Positions 18,994 through 27,735 of a stretch of DNA of 32,000 nucleotides are shown in pieces. Each line of letters opens with the position of its first letter. Within the stretch, counting starts at the first letter, position 1. The notes under the pieces were generated by a model. That model did no database searches, was not told the origin of the DNA, and saw only the letters and a program-made list of their open reading frames with translations. The stretch is from assembly GCF_000341395.1 (NCBI RefSeq), contig NC_020304.1, forward strand, positions 1,800,001 through 1,832,000, given 5' to 3'. The position numbers were made by a program, and so were the translations under genes. Source of the DNA: Desulfocapsa sulfexigens DSM 10523 (GTDB lineage Bacteria > Desulfobacterota > Desulfobulbia > Desulfobulbales > Desulfocapsaceae).

Positions 18994-19080
18994 TTCGCCA
19001 TTCTCAGTGATGTCGGATAGCTACTGGCTGCGTGGGCTTTTTAACCTGATTCCGTCACCTTGACTTTACCAGCTTCCCGG

Positions 19081-20775
19081 CTATTTTTTCTTTTTTTTGG
19101 GCAGTAAAGAAGATGCGACAAAGCCTGCGGAATACAGGCCGGCTCCCACAAGGCCGACAATCCCGAGTACTCCAAGAATACCCTGTTTTTTGGCCAGTGA
19201 ATCTGCGAGGATTAAAATGGAGGAACCCACGATAAGAGCAGAAATAATCATGGAAATTCCCATAACCCGGCTTGAAAGATCAATCTTGTCGGCCAGGTGT
19301 TCGATTCGTTTCATCTCAAGATTCAGGGTAAGCCGATTATGTCGCACCTGATCCAGGATTCGCTGCACATCAAGGGGTAAATTCTCTATAAGCTCCCCGT
19401 AATTATTCATGCTTTTCTGCATGCGATCTCGAAGTGCAGTGAACCCGTATCGTTTTGTCACGACCTCTTTGATTTGAGGCTCAACGTGTGCCAGCACATT
19501 AAAAGAAGGGTCAAAGTGTTCCGCCACGCCTTCAATAGTTGTGAGTGCTTTGGTGAGCATCAGCAGGTCGCTGGGACAGCTGATATGATAGCGTTGCAGC
19601 ATGGCGAAAAAATCGGAAAGCAATTTTGTGATATCAAGTTGCTTCAGGTCTGCGTTCTCAAAGGCAGCAACCATGATCTGTGCGTCTGACCTGAAATCCC
19701 TCTTGTCGGTGACGGCAGGATCCACATCGCTGAGTTCAACCACCACCCTGCAGAGCTTGTCAATGTTTCCCTGGATGATAGCTGCCACCAGATCAATGAG
19801 CTGTTCAGCAGTTTTTTTGTCCAGCTGTCCAGTCATTCCGCAATCGATAAAACAGAGGTGCTGGCCGGGAAGCAGAAAGATATTGCCAGGATGCGGATCA
19901 GCATGAAAAAAACCGTAACGGAGACACTGTTTGAAAACTGCATCTGTTCCATTGGCCACGATTTTTCTTCTTTCTTCAGGGCGGAGGCTTTTTGGATCAA
20001 CCGATGATAAAGGGCGTCCTTTGATTTCCTCAAGAGTCAGTACATTACGGGTGGATGCCTCACGATAAACCTTGGGAAAACTGATGTTGGGATCATCTTC
20101 AAAGTAGCGACGCAATTTGTCCGTTGCCTGTGCCTCTTGAAGGAAGTTCATTTCTTTTATCATTTCACGGGAGAACTCTGTTGCAACGGCAACAGGGCTA
20201 TAACCAAGATTGGAAAAATAGTCCTCAACAAACTGGGCCAGCCATTCGAGCAAGGCCATGTCTTCCTCGACAATTTTTCTGTTTCCGGGACGTAGAACTT
20301 TGAGGACAACGGCCGTACCGTTTACAAGTGTAGCTCGGTGTACCTGGGCCATGGATGCAGCTGCAAGAGGGGTTTCTTCAATGGCAGAGAAAAGCTGGTG
20401 GAGGCGTCCTGGAAACTCTTGAACTAAAACTTCCTCTATTTCACTGAATGGGACCTGACTGCAGTTATCTTGAAGGAGCTTGAATTCCTGGGCCCATTCG
20501 GGTGGAATGAGATCTGGACGGGTAGCCAGTATCTGGCCAAGTTTAATATATGTTGGACCCAGTTCCTCAAGTATCAGACGCATCCGAACGGGTCTTGAAA
20601 TTGAAGCATCCACCTGGTTACCGTCAGGAATGTCGGTATTTTTTTTGCCACTGCTGAAAGAGTCCAGGCCAAGGTCGGTAATAATCTCCTTAAACCCAAA
20701 CTTCGTAAGCACCTTTATGATGGTGGTAAGCCGCTTAGTGCTTCGAATTGTCCTCTGGATATGAGTCACTCTCAT
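19081..20775 (-). CDS. ubiB: ABC1/UbiB-family atypical kinase-like protein
   Basis: 564 aa. Motifs AAASMAQVHRA, VVLKVLRPG, FFHADPHPGNIF, IDCGMTG. Two C-terminal TM helices and a KKKKK tail. Confidence 0.85.
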   Translation of the reverse strand: MRVTHIQRTIRSTKRLTTIIKVLTKFGFKEIITDLGLDSFSSGKKNTDIPDGNQVDASISRPVRMRLILEELGPTYIKLGQILATRPDLIPPEWAQEFKLLQDNCSQVPFSEIEEVLVQEFPGRLHQLFSAIEETPLAAASMAQVHRATLVNGTAVVLKVLRPGNRKIVEEDMALLEWLAQFVEDYFSNLGYSPVAVATEFSREMIKEMNFLQEAQATDKLRRYFEDDPNISFPKVYREASTRNVLTLEEIKGRPLSSVDPKSLRPEERRKIVANGTDAVFKQCLRYGFFHADPHPGNIFLLPGQHLCFIDCGMTGQLDKKTAEQLIDLVAAIIQGNIDKLCRVVVELSDVDPAVTDKRDFRSDAQIMVAAFENADLKQLDITKLLSDFFAMLQRYHISCPSDLLMLTKALTTIEGVAEHFDPSFNVLAHVEPQIKEVVTKRYGFTALRDRMQKSMNNYGELIENLPLDVQRILDQVRHNRLTLNLEMKRIEHLADKIDLSSRVMGISMIISALIVGSSILILADSLAKKQGILGVLGIVGLVGAGLYSAGFVASSLLPKKKKK

Positions 20776-20783
20776 TGTTTTAT

Positions 20784-21677
20784 TTAAGGAGATGTGAAAA
20801 TATTGAGGATGCCGCTATCTTGTTCGTAACTCTCGTGGAGTGCTACCATCCATTTCTGAAGTTGCTCTTCAGTGATCGTAATTGCACACTGTTGCCACAA
20901 TTTCTCACAGTCGGGGAGAAGATTCTGAATCTGAGGAAGCAGGGGGGATGTTTTTGCCATGTCCTGAGAGGAGGGCGCAAGGTAGCTGAGAACGTCACTC
21001 AACTGAACAATGGCAGCATACAGTGGAAAATCAGAGCATGAGAGTGGATGGTGATGAAAGCCGACGGCACAGAGGAGACTGGTGGGAAACAGCCAGCGAG
21101 TGAGAAGGTGGGTTCCTACTTCTTCGTGGTCGATTCCAATACGTTCAAGTTCGAGTTGCTTGCAGCTGATTGGGGGAGTTGCCGATAGCTCGAGTACCTG
21201 CTGGTAGTCGTCAGGTTTTGCGACAAAAAGGGCAAGTTTCCCAATGTCATGGATGAGGCCTGCTATGAAGAGTTCACTGGGGGAGCACTTAAGGTCGGTT
21301 GCTAGAATTTTCGCGGCAAGTCCACAGGTAAAAGAGTGCACCCAGAAGGCATCTATCGTATCCTTGTTCGTTATACTGATCTTCTGGAATGAGTTGAAGA
21401 CAGCTTTTCCCAAAACGATGTTATGTACCTCATTGAAGCCAAGGACCGATACTGCCTTATCCATGGTTGCAACTTCTCTGGGTATTCCAAAAAAAGCAGA
21501 ATTAGCCAGTTTGAGTATGGTTGCACACATGGCCTGATCCGGCAGTATCGCATTGACAAGGTCATCCACGGAGCTCTCTGGATCCGCGGTAACTGCCAAA
21601 ACCTTTGATACTGTTGCGGGTAGGGAAGGAAGAGAGTCAACCTGTCTGAATATTTTTGAGTGTTGCCGATCTCGCAT
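20784..21677 (-). CDS. HDOD domain-containing signalling protein
   Basis: 297 aa. HDOD pattern (LPSLPATVSKVL, AGLIHDIGKLALF, IDHEEVG). The stop lies 8 nt upstream of the ubiB start, so the two are probably co-transcribed. Confidence 0.8.
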   Translation of the reverse strand: MRDRQHSKIFRQVDSLPSLPATVSKVLAVTADPESSVDDLVNAILPDQAMCATILKLANSAFFGIPREVATMDKAVSVLGFNEVHNIVLGKAVFNSFQKISITNKDTIDAFWVHSFTCGLAAKILATDLKCSPSELFIAGLIHDIGKLALFVAKPDDYQQVLELSATPPISCKQLELERIGIDHEEVGTHLLTRWLFPTSLLCAVGFHHHPLSCSDFPLYAAIVQLSDVLSYLAPSSQDMAKTSPLLPQIQNLLPDCEKLWQQCAITITEEQLQKWMVALHESYEQDSGILNIFTSP

Positions 21678-22096
21678 ATGTTGATCCTGAAAAGTAATTT
21701 TTAGTCCTTCGGAGGAATAGTCGAAAAAAACTGTTCGATCAACATCCTTATAGAATAGTTATTCCAGGGGGGGCTTCCCAGGCGTATGTTTTGCGTCTGT
21801 TCTGGCCATGCTGATAAACTGGTCAGATGATGAACTCCTCTGGCAATTCAGCAACCAGCCACTAAAGGCTAGTGTTTCCTTTGAGGTTGTGCAGACTATG
21901 AGGATTCTATCCATAGAAGAGCTGCCCCTAGAAAATGATATTAGAAAAGATAAAAGCATTTATAACAGTATATGATTTGGTTGGGCAAAAAACAAATAGA
22001 AATCAGAGGGAAAAGTATAAATACCAATCCAACCAGCATGGAAAGGGTTGAGTTGCTATGTATGATTGAAGAAAGTTGAATAAAGGCTGTGGGTGT

Positions 22097-22945
22097 CTAC
22101 ATCGCACCTAAGCGTTTGATTCGTTCCTGCATTGGTGGGTGGGTAGAAAAAAGATTTGCGAGCTGTCCCCCAGACAGAGGATTGACAATATACATCTGTG
22201 CCGTAGCAGGATTAACATTCATGGGACGTCGTCTGTTGAAAATTTCAAGCTGCTGCAGGGCAGAGGCCAGTGAACGTGGATGGCCGCATATGGCTGCTCC
22301 AGTGGCATCGGCCTGGTACTCGCGACTTCTGGATATGGCCATTTGAATAAGGGATGCGCCAAGTGGCGCCAGAATCATCATGGCTATAGCGCCAAGAATT
22401 CCACCACCACCACCGCCGTCGTTGTCATCCGATCTGCCACCACCGAAAAGCATGCCCCATTGGGCCATGGATGCCATGGTGCTGATGGCCCCAGCCATGG
22501 TTGCGGCAATGGTGCTGATTAGGATATCGCGGTTTTTAATGTGTGCAAGTTCATGAGCTAACACCCCTTCGAGCTCATCATGCTTGAGAATATTCATTAG
22601 ACCGGTGGTTACAGCCACAGCCGCATGATCGGGGTTTCTTCCAGTTGCAAAAGCATTGGGCGTGTCCTGATGCATGATAAAGACGCGTGGCATCGGCAGT
22701 TCCGCCTTCCTGGAAAGGCTTGAAATGATACTATGAAGTTGCGGAGCTTCCACGGCTGTTACCTCTTGGGCACCACTCATTTTCAGAACGGCCTTGTCAC
22801 TGAACCAGTAAGCAAAAAAGTTCATTGCAAATGCAAGCAGCAGCGCGAAGATCATTCCGCTGTTGCCGCCCAGTACCTGACCTGCCACCATAAAAACTGC
22901 TGTGAGGGCTGCCATGAGCATGCCCGTTTTTATCATACTTGTCAT
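22097..22945 (-). CDS. htpX: Zinc metalloprotease HtpX (M48 family)
   Basis: HELAHIKNRD zinc motif and multiple TM segments. I place the start at ATG 22945 (MTSMIKTG..., with GGAGG 5 nt upstream), not at the ORF-track ATG 23005. Confidence 0.9.
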   Translation of the reverse strand: MTSMIKTGMLMAALTAVFMVAGQVLGGNSGMIFALLLAFAMNFFAYWFSDKAVLKMSGAQEVTAVEAPQLHSIISSLSRKAELPMPRVFIMHQDTPNAFATGRNPDHAAVAVTTGLMNILKHDELEGVLAHELAHIKNRDILISTIAATMAGAISTMASMAQWGMLFGGGRSDDNDGGGGGGILGAIAMMILAPLGASLIQMAISRSREYQADATGAAICGHPRSLASALQQLEIFNRRRPMNVNPATAQMYIVNPLSGGQLANLFSTHPPMQERIKRLGAM

Positions 22946-23034
22946 TGTTGCCTCCGAGGGGCAGTAACGATTCAGTGCATTTTGCTTTTTGTTGAGGCCA
23001 TACAATAATTATGGGGTGTCTTCTGTCAAGATGT

Positions 23035-23751
23035 CTACAGTTCTTTGAGGTTTAATTCCGGTTGTTGCTTATAGGCTTGGTTGATAAGGGACTTGAGCTC
23101 CGATTTGATGGCTGATTGGGAGGGAATTTCCTTCAGGATCGGCAGGAACTTCTCGACTGGCTGGGGAGGCTGCAGGCGCATTTTCTGTTCCATGCTGATT
23201 GCGCTATTACCATCAATCCCTCCTGACATTGTACCGGATGTTCCACTGTCTCCGTCGAGATTACGAAGAAAAAGCATAATGCCGCTGATATCGTTTTTCT
23301 GGTAAAAGAGTTTTATCTCTTCTTCGATAACGTTGTGATCTTCTGCAAGCATGGCTATGCGATTGCGGTAGTCATGTACATGGTCGCGCAAGGATTCGTA
23401 GACATCGAAAAACATGTTTGAAAATTGTGATTTACGGAAGAATCCGCGGACTTCCTGATCCTCGAAGAGTCGTTTGCGAATTGTGCGTGAGGTCGTCACA
23501 TAGGAGTCGAAAAAGAGAACATCACCAAGATTTGTGAGCTTATAAAATTGTTCAATGAGTGCGTCTTCCTGAAGGAGTGCATATATGCGGAGCAGGTCAA
23601 AGCCAATTTTCGTTTCAAGGAGAAGAGCAGAGCTGATGATATCTTTCTGGTAATCATCGGAGTCTTTTTCGATGATTTTGCGAAAACCGAAATAGCGCTC
23701 GGCAATATCTTTCTTGACTTCAAAGGCCAGCGTTTGGGCGAAATCTTCCAT
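23035..23751 (-). CDS. Hypothetical protein (no recognisable family)
   Basis: 238-aa ORF with a GAGG RBS 6 nt upstream of the ATG. No TM segment or signal peptide. The N-terminal two-thirds look helical, and a Gly/Ser-rich segment (DGDSGTSGTMSGGIDGNS) follows. I recognise no motif. Confidence 0.6.
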   Translation of the reverse strand: MEDFAQTLAFEVKKDIAERYFGFRKIIEKDSDDYQKDIISSALLLETKIGFDLLRIYALLQEDALIEQFYKLTNLGDVLFFDSYVTTSRTIRKRLFEDQEVRGFFRKSQFSNMFFDVYESLRDHVHDYRNRIAMLAEDHNVIEEEIKLFYQKNDISGIMLFLRNLDGDSGTSGTMSGGIDGNSAISMEQKMRLQPPQPVEKFLPILKEIPSQSAIKSELKSLINQAYKQQPELNLKEL

Positions 23752-23789
23752 CGTATACCTCGCTAATAATCATAAGTCCATGTATCTGC

Positions 23790-23818
23790 TTGACAGTGGC
23801 TTACACTCAGATGATTAT
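23790..23818 (+). promoter_or_regulatory. Sigma70-like promoter candidate for dnaG
   Basis: TTGACA (23790-23795), 17-nt spacer, GATTAT (23813-23818), about 45 nt upstream of the dnaG ATG. Confidence 0.35.
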
Positions 23819-23863
23819 AGCGTGTCTCGGTATTGCATGCATTATTATTTATAGGAAAAATAA

Positions 23864-25702
23864 ATGGGATATACAGATTTCGACGATGGTTTGCCTGCTA
23901 AAATTAAAGAACAGGCGGATATTGTACAGGTAATAGGGGAGTGTGTGGAGCTGAAGCGGGCAGGTGTCCGTTTTCTCGGCTGCTGTCCGTTTCATAACGA
24001 GAAGACAGCCTCATTTTCCGTACACCCCGGGCAGCAGTTTTTTCATTGTTTTGGTTGTGGCGCGTCTGGAGATATATTTGATTTCCAGATGAAGTATCAC
24101 AATCTTGATTTTCCATCTGCAATGAAAGAACTGGCCAGGCGTTATAATGTTGAAATTCCAGAACGCCCCCGATCAGCCCAGGAGCGTGAGAAAAGTCGTA
24201 AACGACAACTCCTGTATGAGGTGAACGAAAAGGTTGTCACAATCTTCCGCCGTACTCTGTTGGCTTCTGACATGGCTAAGAGTGCGAGAGCATACCTGGA
24301 AGAACGTAAAATACCTCCTGCTGTGCAGGAGCGTTTTGGACTTGGATATGCCCCGTCTCCCGACAGTGCGGGATGGAATTTTCTCGGCGCACAACTGGCG
24401 GCAGAAGAGAAGCTGGTTGCAGTTGAGGCAGGGCTTCTGGTGGAGAAGGAGAGCGGCGGGACCTATGATCGGTTTCGGGATAGGGTGCTTTTTCCAATTT
24501 ATGATCGGCGGGGACGGGTAGTTGGTTTTGGTGGTCGTATCATTGGCGAGGGGCAGCCGAAATATATGAACTCTCCTGAAAGTCTGGTCTTCAATAAATC
24601 AGCGTCTCTACTTGGTCTGTACCAGCAGGGGGATGAGATCAGACGACGCCGAAAAGCAATTGTGGTGGAAGGAAATTTTGATCTGGTCTCTCTCGTGGTG
24701 CATGGCTGTCCTAATGTGGTTGCACCATTAGGGACAGCCCTGACAGCTCAGCAACTCAGGATGTTGAAAGGTTTTTCGGAAGAATGTGTGCTGCTTTTTG
24801 ATGGTGACACAGCGGGTGTGAAGGCAGCCATGCGTTCGGTGCCTCTGTTTTTAAGTGAGCAGATAGCTGGAAAAGTGGCTCTTCTACCCACGGGCCATGA
24901 TCCAGATACCTTTGTTCGTGAAGAAGGACTGGCTGCGCTCAATACCTTGCTTGACAAGGCCATGCCTCTTCCTGAATTTGTTCTGCAGCAGTTGGTGGCT
25001 GAATATGGTCTGACTTCCTATGATGGGAAGATCCGAATCATAAAAGAATTACAGCCCCTGATAAAGGCGACAACCTCCCCCTTGCAGCGTTCGCTTATGT
25101 TGTCCCATTTTAGCGAAGCAATAGGTATCAGTCCGGATGAACTCGGTGCATCCATGCCTGGAAGGGAGGCCACCGTGCGGCCTCCGGTGAAGGAACCACC
25201 GCAGGAGCGTTCACGAGAAAGACTGGTTCCCCTGTCTGCATCACAAAAACGTTTGGTTACTCATATGGTGCTTTATCCGGAAGCGGTACATGAGTTAGAA
25301 AAGGCAGGGGTAAGGGAGTGTCTCGGCGGGACCGTGGGGGAGGTTCTGTTGCTTCAGTTGCTTGCCCTGCTTGAGCAGCCTGGAGGTGTGGAGCCGGAAG
25401 AATTGTTGGCGAAACTGCCTCAAGGGGGGGAGCGGGTAATGGTTTCCGAGATTCTTTTGAGTTCCTCTCCTGGCAGTAGCGACTTAGGGTGCCGTGGAAC
25501 AGATGAAGAATTGAAAGAACTTCTAACCTGGCTCGAAAGGGAGCAGTTGCTGCGGGAGTCCGGAGAGCTGGTAAAACTGATCAGCAAATGCGCATTGCAG
25601 AATGATCAGGAAGAGGAATTAAATAGGTTGGTATTGAAGAAGATGAGTGTGGACAATCGACTTCAGGAGCTTCGACAAACAAATGTACTTCAGGACGGGT
25701 GA
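23864..25702 (+). CDS. dnaG: DNA primase DnaG
   Basis: 612 aa. CHC2 zinc finger CCPFHNEKTASFSVHPGQQFFHCFGCGASGD, TOPRIM motifs (VVEGNFD, LFDGDTAG), and a C-terminal helicase-interaction region. Confidence 0.95.
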   Translation: MGYTDFDDGLPAKIKEQADIVQVIGECVELKRAGVRFLGCCPFHNEKTASFSVHPGQQFFHCFGCGASGDIFDFQMKYHNLDFPSAMKELARRYNVEIPERPRSAQEREKSRKRQLLYEVNEKVVTIFRRTLLASDMAKSARAYLEERKIPPAVQERFGLGYAPSPDSAGWNFLGAQLAAEEKLVAVEAGLLVEKESGGTYDRFRDRVLFPIYDRRGRVVGFGGRIIGEGQPKYMNSPESLVFNKSASLLGLYQQGDEIRRRRKAIVVEGNFDLVSLVVHGCPNVVAPLGTALTAQQLRMLKGFSEECVLLFDGDTAGVKAAMRSVPLFLSEQIAGKVALLPTGHDPDTFVREEGLAALNTLLDKAMPLPEFVLQQLVAEYGLTSYDGKIRIIKELQPLIKATTSPLQRSLMLSHFSEAIGISPDELGASMPGREATVRPPVKEPPQERSRERLVPLSASQKRLVTHMVLYPEAVHELEKAGVRECLGGTVGEVLLLQLLALLEQPGGVEPEELLAKLPQGGERVMVSEILLSSSPGSSDLGCRGTDEELKELLTWLEREQLLRESGELVKLISKCALQNDQEEELNRLVLKKMSVDNRLQELRQTNVLQDG

Positions 25703-25920
25703 TTTAAGGGGGCCTGGTTTTCTTTTGCACTGAATTCCTGGAAGTTGAGTAAGTATACTAGAGTACGGGTTTTTTTCTTCTACCGCAGGCCAGGTGGGGA
25801 AACAGAGTGGTGTTGTCGTAATTGCTTGTAGTTGTTCGTTTATTTTCTTTTTGTTGTTTCTGTTGATCAAGTGTTGTGTTGCTAATTATCCTTTTTTTTT
25901 AATTATTTAAGCTGAAATGA

Positions 25921-25949
25921 TTGAATATCATTTTAAATTACGATATTGT
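25921..25949 (+). promoter_or_regulatory. Sigma70-like promoter candidate for rpoD
   Basis: TTGAAT (25921-25926), 17-nt spacer, TATTGT (25944-25949), in an AT-rich patch about 95 nt upstream of the rpoD ATG. Confidence 0.3.
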
Positions 25950-26042
25950 ACAGGCGAAGAGAGGAGTGTTACGTTGCGGTATTGTTGTGTGACCGTCTTC
26001 TGCTTTTATGCAGAAACAGGTTGAAAGACCGGAGGGGGATGA

Positions 26043-27665
26043 ATGGTTGATGATGACCAGGCGAAGGATGAAGTAACGGGGCGAGTTGATGAAGGTATAC
26101 TGGACCTGACGGGTATTTTTGAGTCAGGAGAGAAGATCTGCTCTGTTGGTCTTCCTGATGGGATAGATGAGGATCGTCGTAATCCCAGAATAGGAGACAG
26201 GCGGAAGGGCTTTTTTAGCGACCGAAGAAGCAAACAGCGGCGTCTTGCCAGGATTTCTAAGCGTAACAATGATCATGCTGTCGATCCAATGTCTATTTAT
26301 CTTCGTGAAATGGGCACATTGACATTGCTCAGCCATGATGAAGAGCTTGAACTTGCCCGAATGATGGAAGAGGGGTTGCTCCGCGTTCAGGGCGCTGTAC
26401 TTTCCACTCCTCTTGCAATCTCGGCACTGGAGGAAATTGCTGAAGAGTTGCGTAAGGACACAATTAAGATTTTTAATATTGTGCGTGGTATCCAGGATAC
26501 TCAGACTGCTCTTGTTCGCAAAGAAAAAAAACGGTTTCTCACCAGAGTGGATAAAGCTCTTGAGCTTGAGGAAAAGCGAAAAAAGTTACAGCAGGATCTT
26601 ATCGTTTGTGCAGAGGATATAGAAAAAACAGAAGTGATCAGCAAAGAAATGCTGGCTATTTCTACAGACATTGCCGCTCTGTTCAGCGATCGGATTTTAT
26701 GTACCCGTTGCATTAATGGTGTTGCCTCTAATTTGAAAGACTTGTCTCAACGTTTCAGGCGGATACGTGTTGAGGTTGTAAAAGCTCAAAAACTTGCCGC
26801 CGCAGACAGTGGGGCACCTGAAATGACTCCTGCTGAACTTGAGTTTCATATCGGTATGCAGATGAAGGAAGGGCTGGGTTTTGGTTATCGTGCTCTCAAT
26901 GCTGTTGTCCATGAGATTGAGGCGGGGCGGGATATTTATAAACATGCCAAAGAGTCACTTGTTAGGGCCAATCTCCGTCTGGTGATCTCCATTTCTAAGA
27001 AATTTGTCAACCGCGGTCTTCAGTTTCCCGATCTTATTCAGGAGGGGAATATCGGTTTGATGAAGGCGGTGGACAAATTTGACTATCATCGTGGGTATAA
27101 ATTCAGTACCTATGCAACATGGTGGATTCGACAGTCGATTACCCGTGGTATTGCAGACCAGGGACGGACGATTCGTCTTCCCGTGCATATGATTGAGACG
27201 ATTAATCGTCTGCTCAGAGTGTCAAAAGATTTTATCCGTGAAGAAAATCGTGAGCCTACTCCGGAAGAGATGGCTGAACAGCTTGGAACTGATGTCACCA
27301 AGGTAAAGGCTGCTCTGAAAACTGCGAAAGATGCCATCTCCCTCGATACCCCTGTTGGTGATGATGAGGAAACATTCCTTGGCGATTTTATCGAGGATTG
27401 TACAACACTTGGTCCTCATGATGCATCCATGGTTGAAAGTTTGAAAGAGTGTCTCTGCAAGGTGATGTCTTCACTTTCGCCCCGTGAGGCAAAGGTTGTG
27501 CGGATGCGTTATGGAATTGATGTTGGCTGTGACCATACTCTGGAGGAGGTTGGGAAATGTTTTGCTGTGACGAGGGAACGTATCCGCCAGATTGAGGCGC
27601 AGGCGATTAAGAAGTTGAAACATCCCTCCCGTGTTGATGAGTTACGAGTATTTATGACTGACTGA
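26043..27665 (+). CDS. rpoD: RNA polymerase primary sigma factor RpoD
   Basis: 540 aa. Region 1.2 [11 protein letters not shown], region 2 ([46 protein letters not shown]), region 3, region 4.2 [35 protein letters not shown] at 26031-26035. Confidence 0.95.
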   Translation: MVDDDQAKDEVTGRVDEGILDLTGIFESGEKICSVGLPDGIDEDRRNPRIGDRRKGFFSDRRSKQRRLARISKRNNDHAVDPMSIYLREMGTLTLLSHDEELELARMMEEGLLRVQGAVLSTPLAISALEEIAEELRKDTIKIFNIVRGIQDTQTALVRKEKKRFLTRVDKALELEEKRKKLQQDLIVCAEDIEKTEVISKEMLAISTDIAALFSDRILCTRCINGVASNLKDLSQRFRRIRVEVVKAQKLAAADSGAPEMTPAELEFHIGMQMKEGLGFGYRALNAVVHEIEAGRDIYKHAKESLVRANLRLVISISKKFVNRGLQFPDLIQEGNIGLMKAVDKFDYHRGYKFSTYATWWIRQSITRGIADQGRTIRLPVHMIETINRLLRVSKDFIREENREPTPEEMAEQLGTDVTKVKAALKTAKDAISLDTPVGDDEETFLGDFIEDCTTLGPHDASMVESLKECLCKVMSSLSPREAKVVRMRYGIDVGCDHTLEEVGKCFAVTRERIRQIEAQAIKKLKHPSRVDELRVFMTD

Positions 27666-27691
27666 TTTACTTGGGCTTGTGTGATTATCTT

Positions 27692-27718
27692 CCCGGACTT
27701 TGTCCGGGATTTTTGTTT
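27692..27718 (+). terminator. Rho-independent terminator after rpoD
   Basis: Perfect 7-bp GC-rich stem CCCGGAC (27692-27698) / GTCCGGG (27702-27708) with a TTT loop, followed by ATTTTTGTTT. Confidence 0.8.
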
Positions 27719-27735
27719 GGTGTGTAGAGAGATAT

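Noticed and set aside
21759-21959. 66-aa minus-strand ORF in the htpX-HDOD gap.
   Set aside because: There is no Shine-Dalgarno upstream (tatactgttataaATG) and the sequence is Ser-rich with no recognisable features. It is kept only as part of the unexplained-gap finding.
22400-22440. Poly-Gly/Asp insertion in HtpX (GGGRSDDNDGGGGGGILG) as a possible repeat expansion.
   Set aside because: As far as I recall, Gly-rich linkers at this position between the TM helices are common in M48 HtpX homologues. The DNA is not a perfect simple repeat, so I do not consider it unusual.
26008-26076. 22-codon uORF ([22 protein letters not shown]) overlapping the rpoD start out of frame.
   Set aside because: It has no RBS, and its ATG sits in the loop side of a hairpin. 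It is probably a chance ORF created by the rpoD RBS and start region.
27700-27735. ORF-track start of dprA at 27700 (MSGIFVWCVERY...).
   Set aside because: These codons overlap the strong rpoD terminator hairpin and T-tract (27692-27718). The in-frame ATG at 27736 gives a normal DprA N-terminus.
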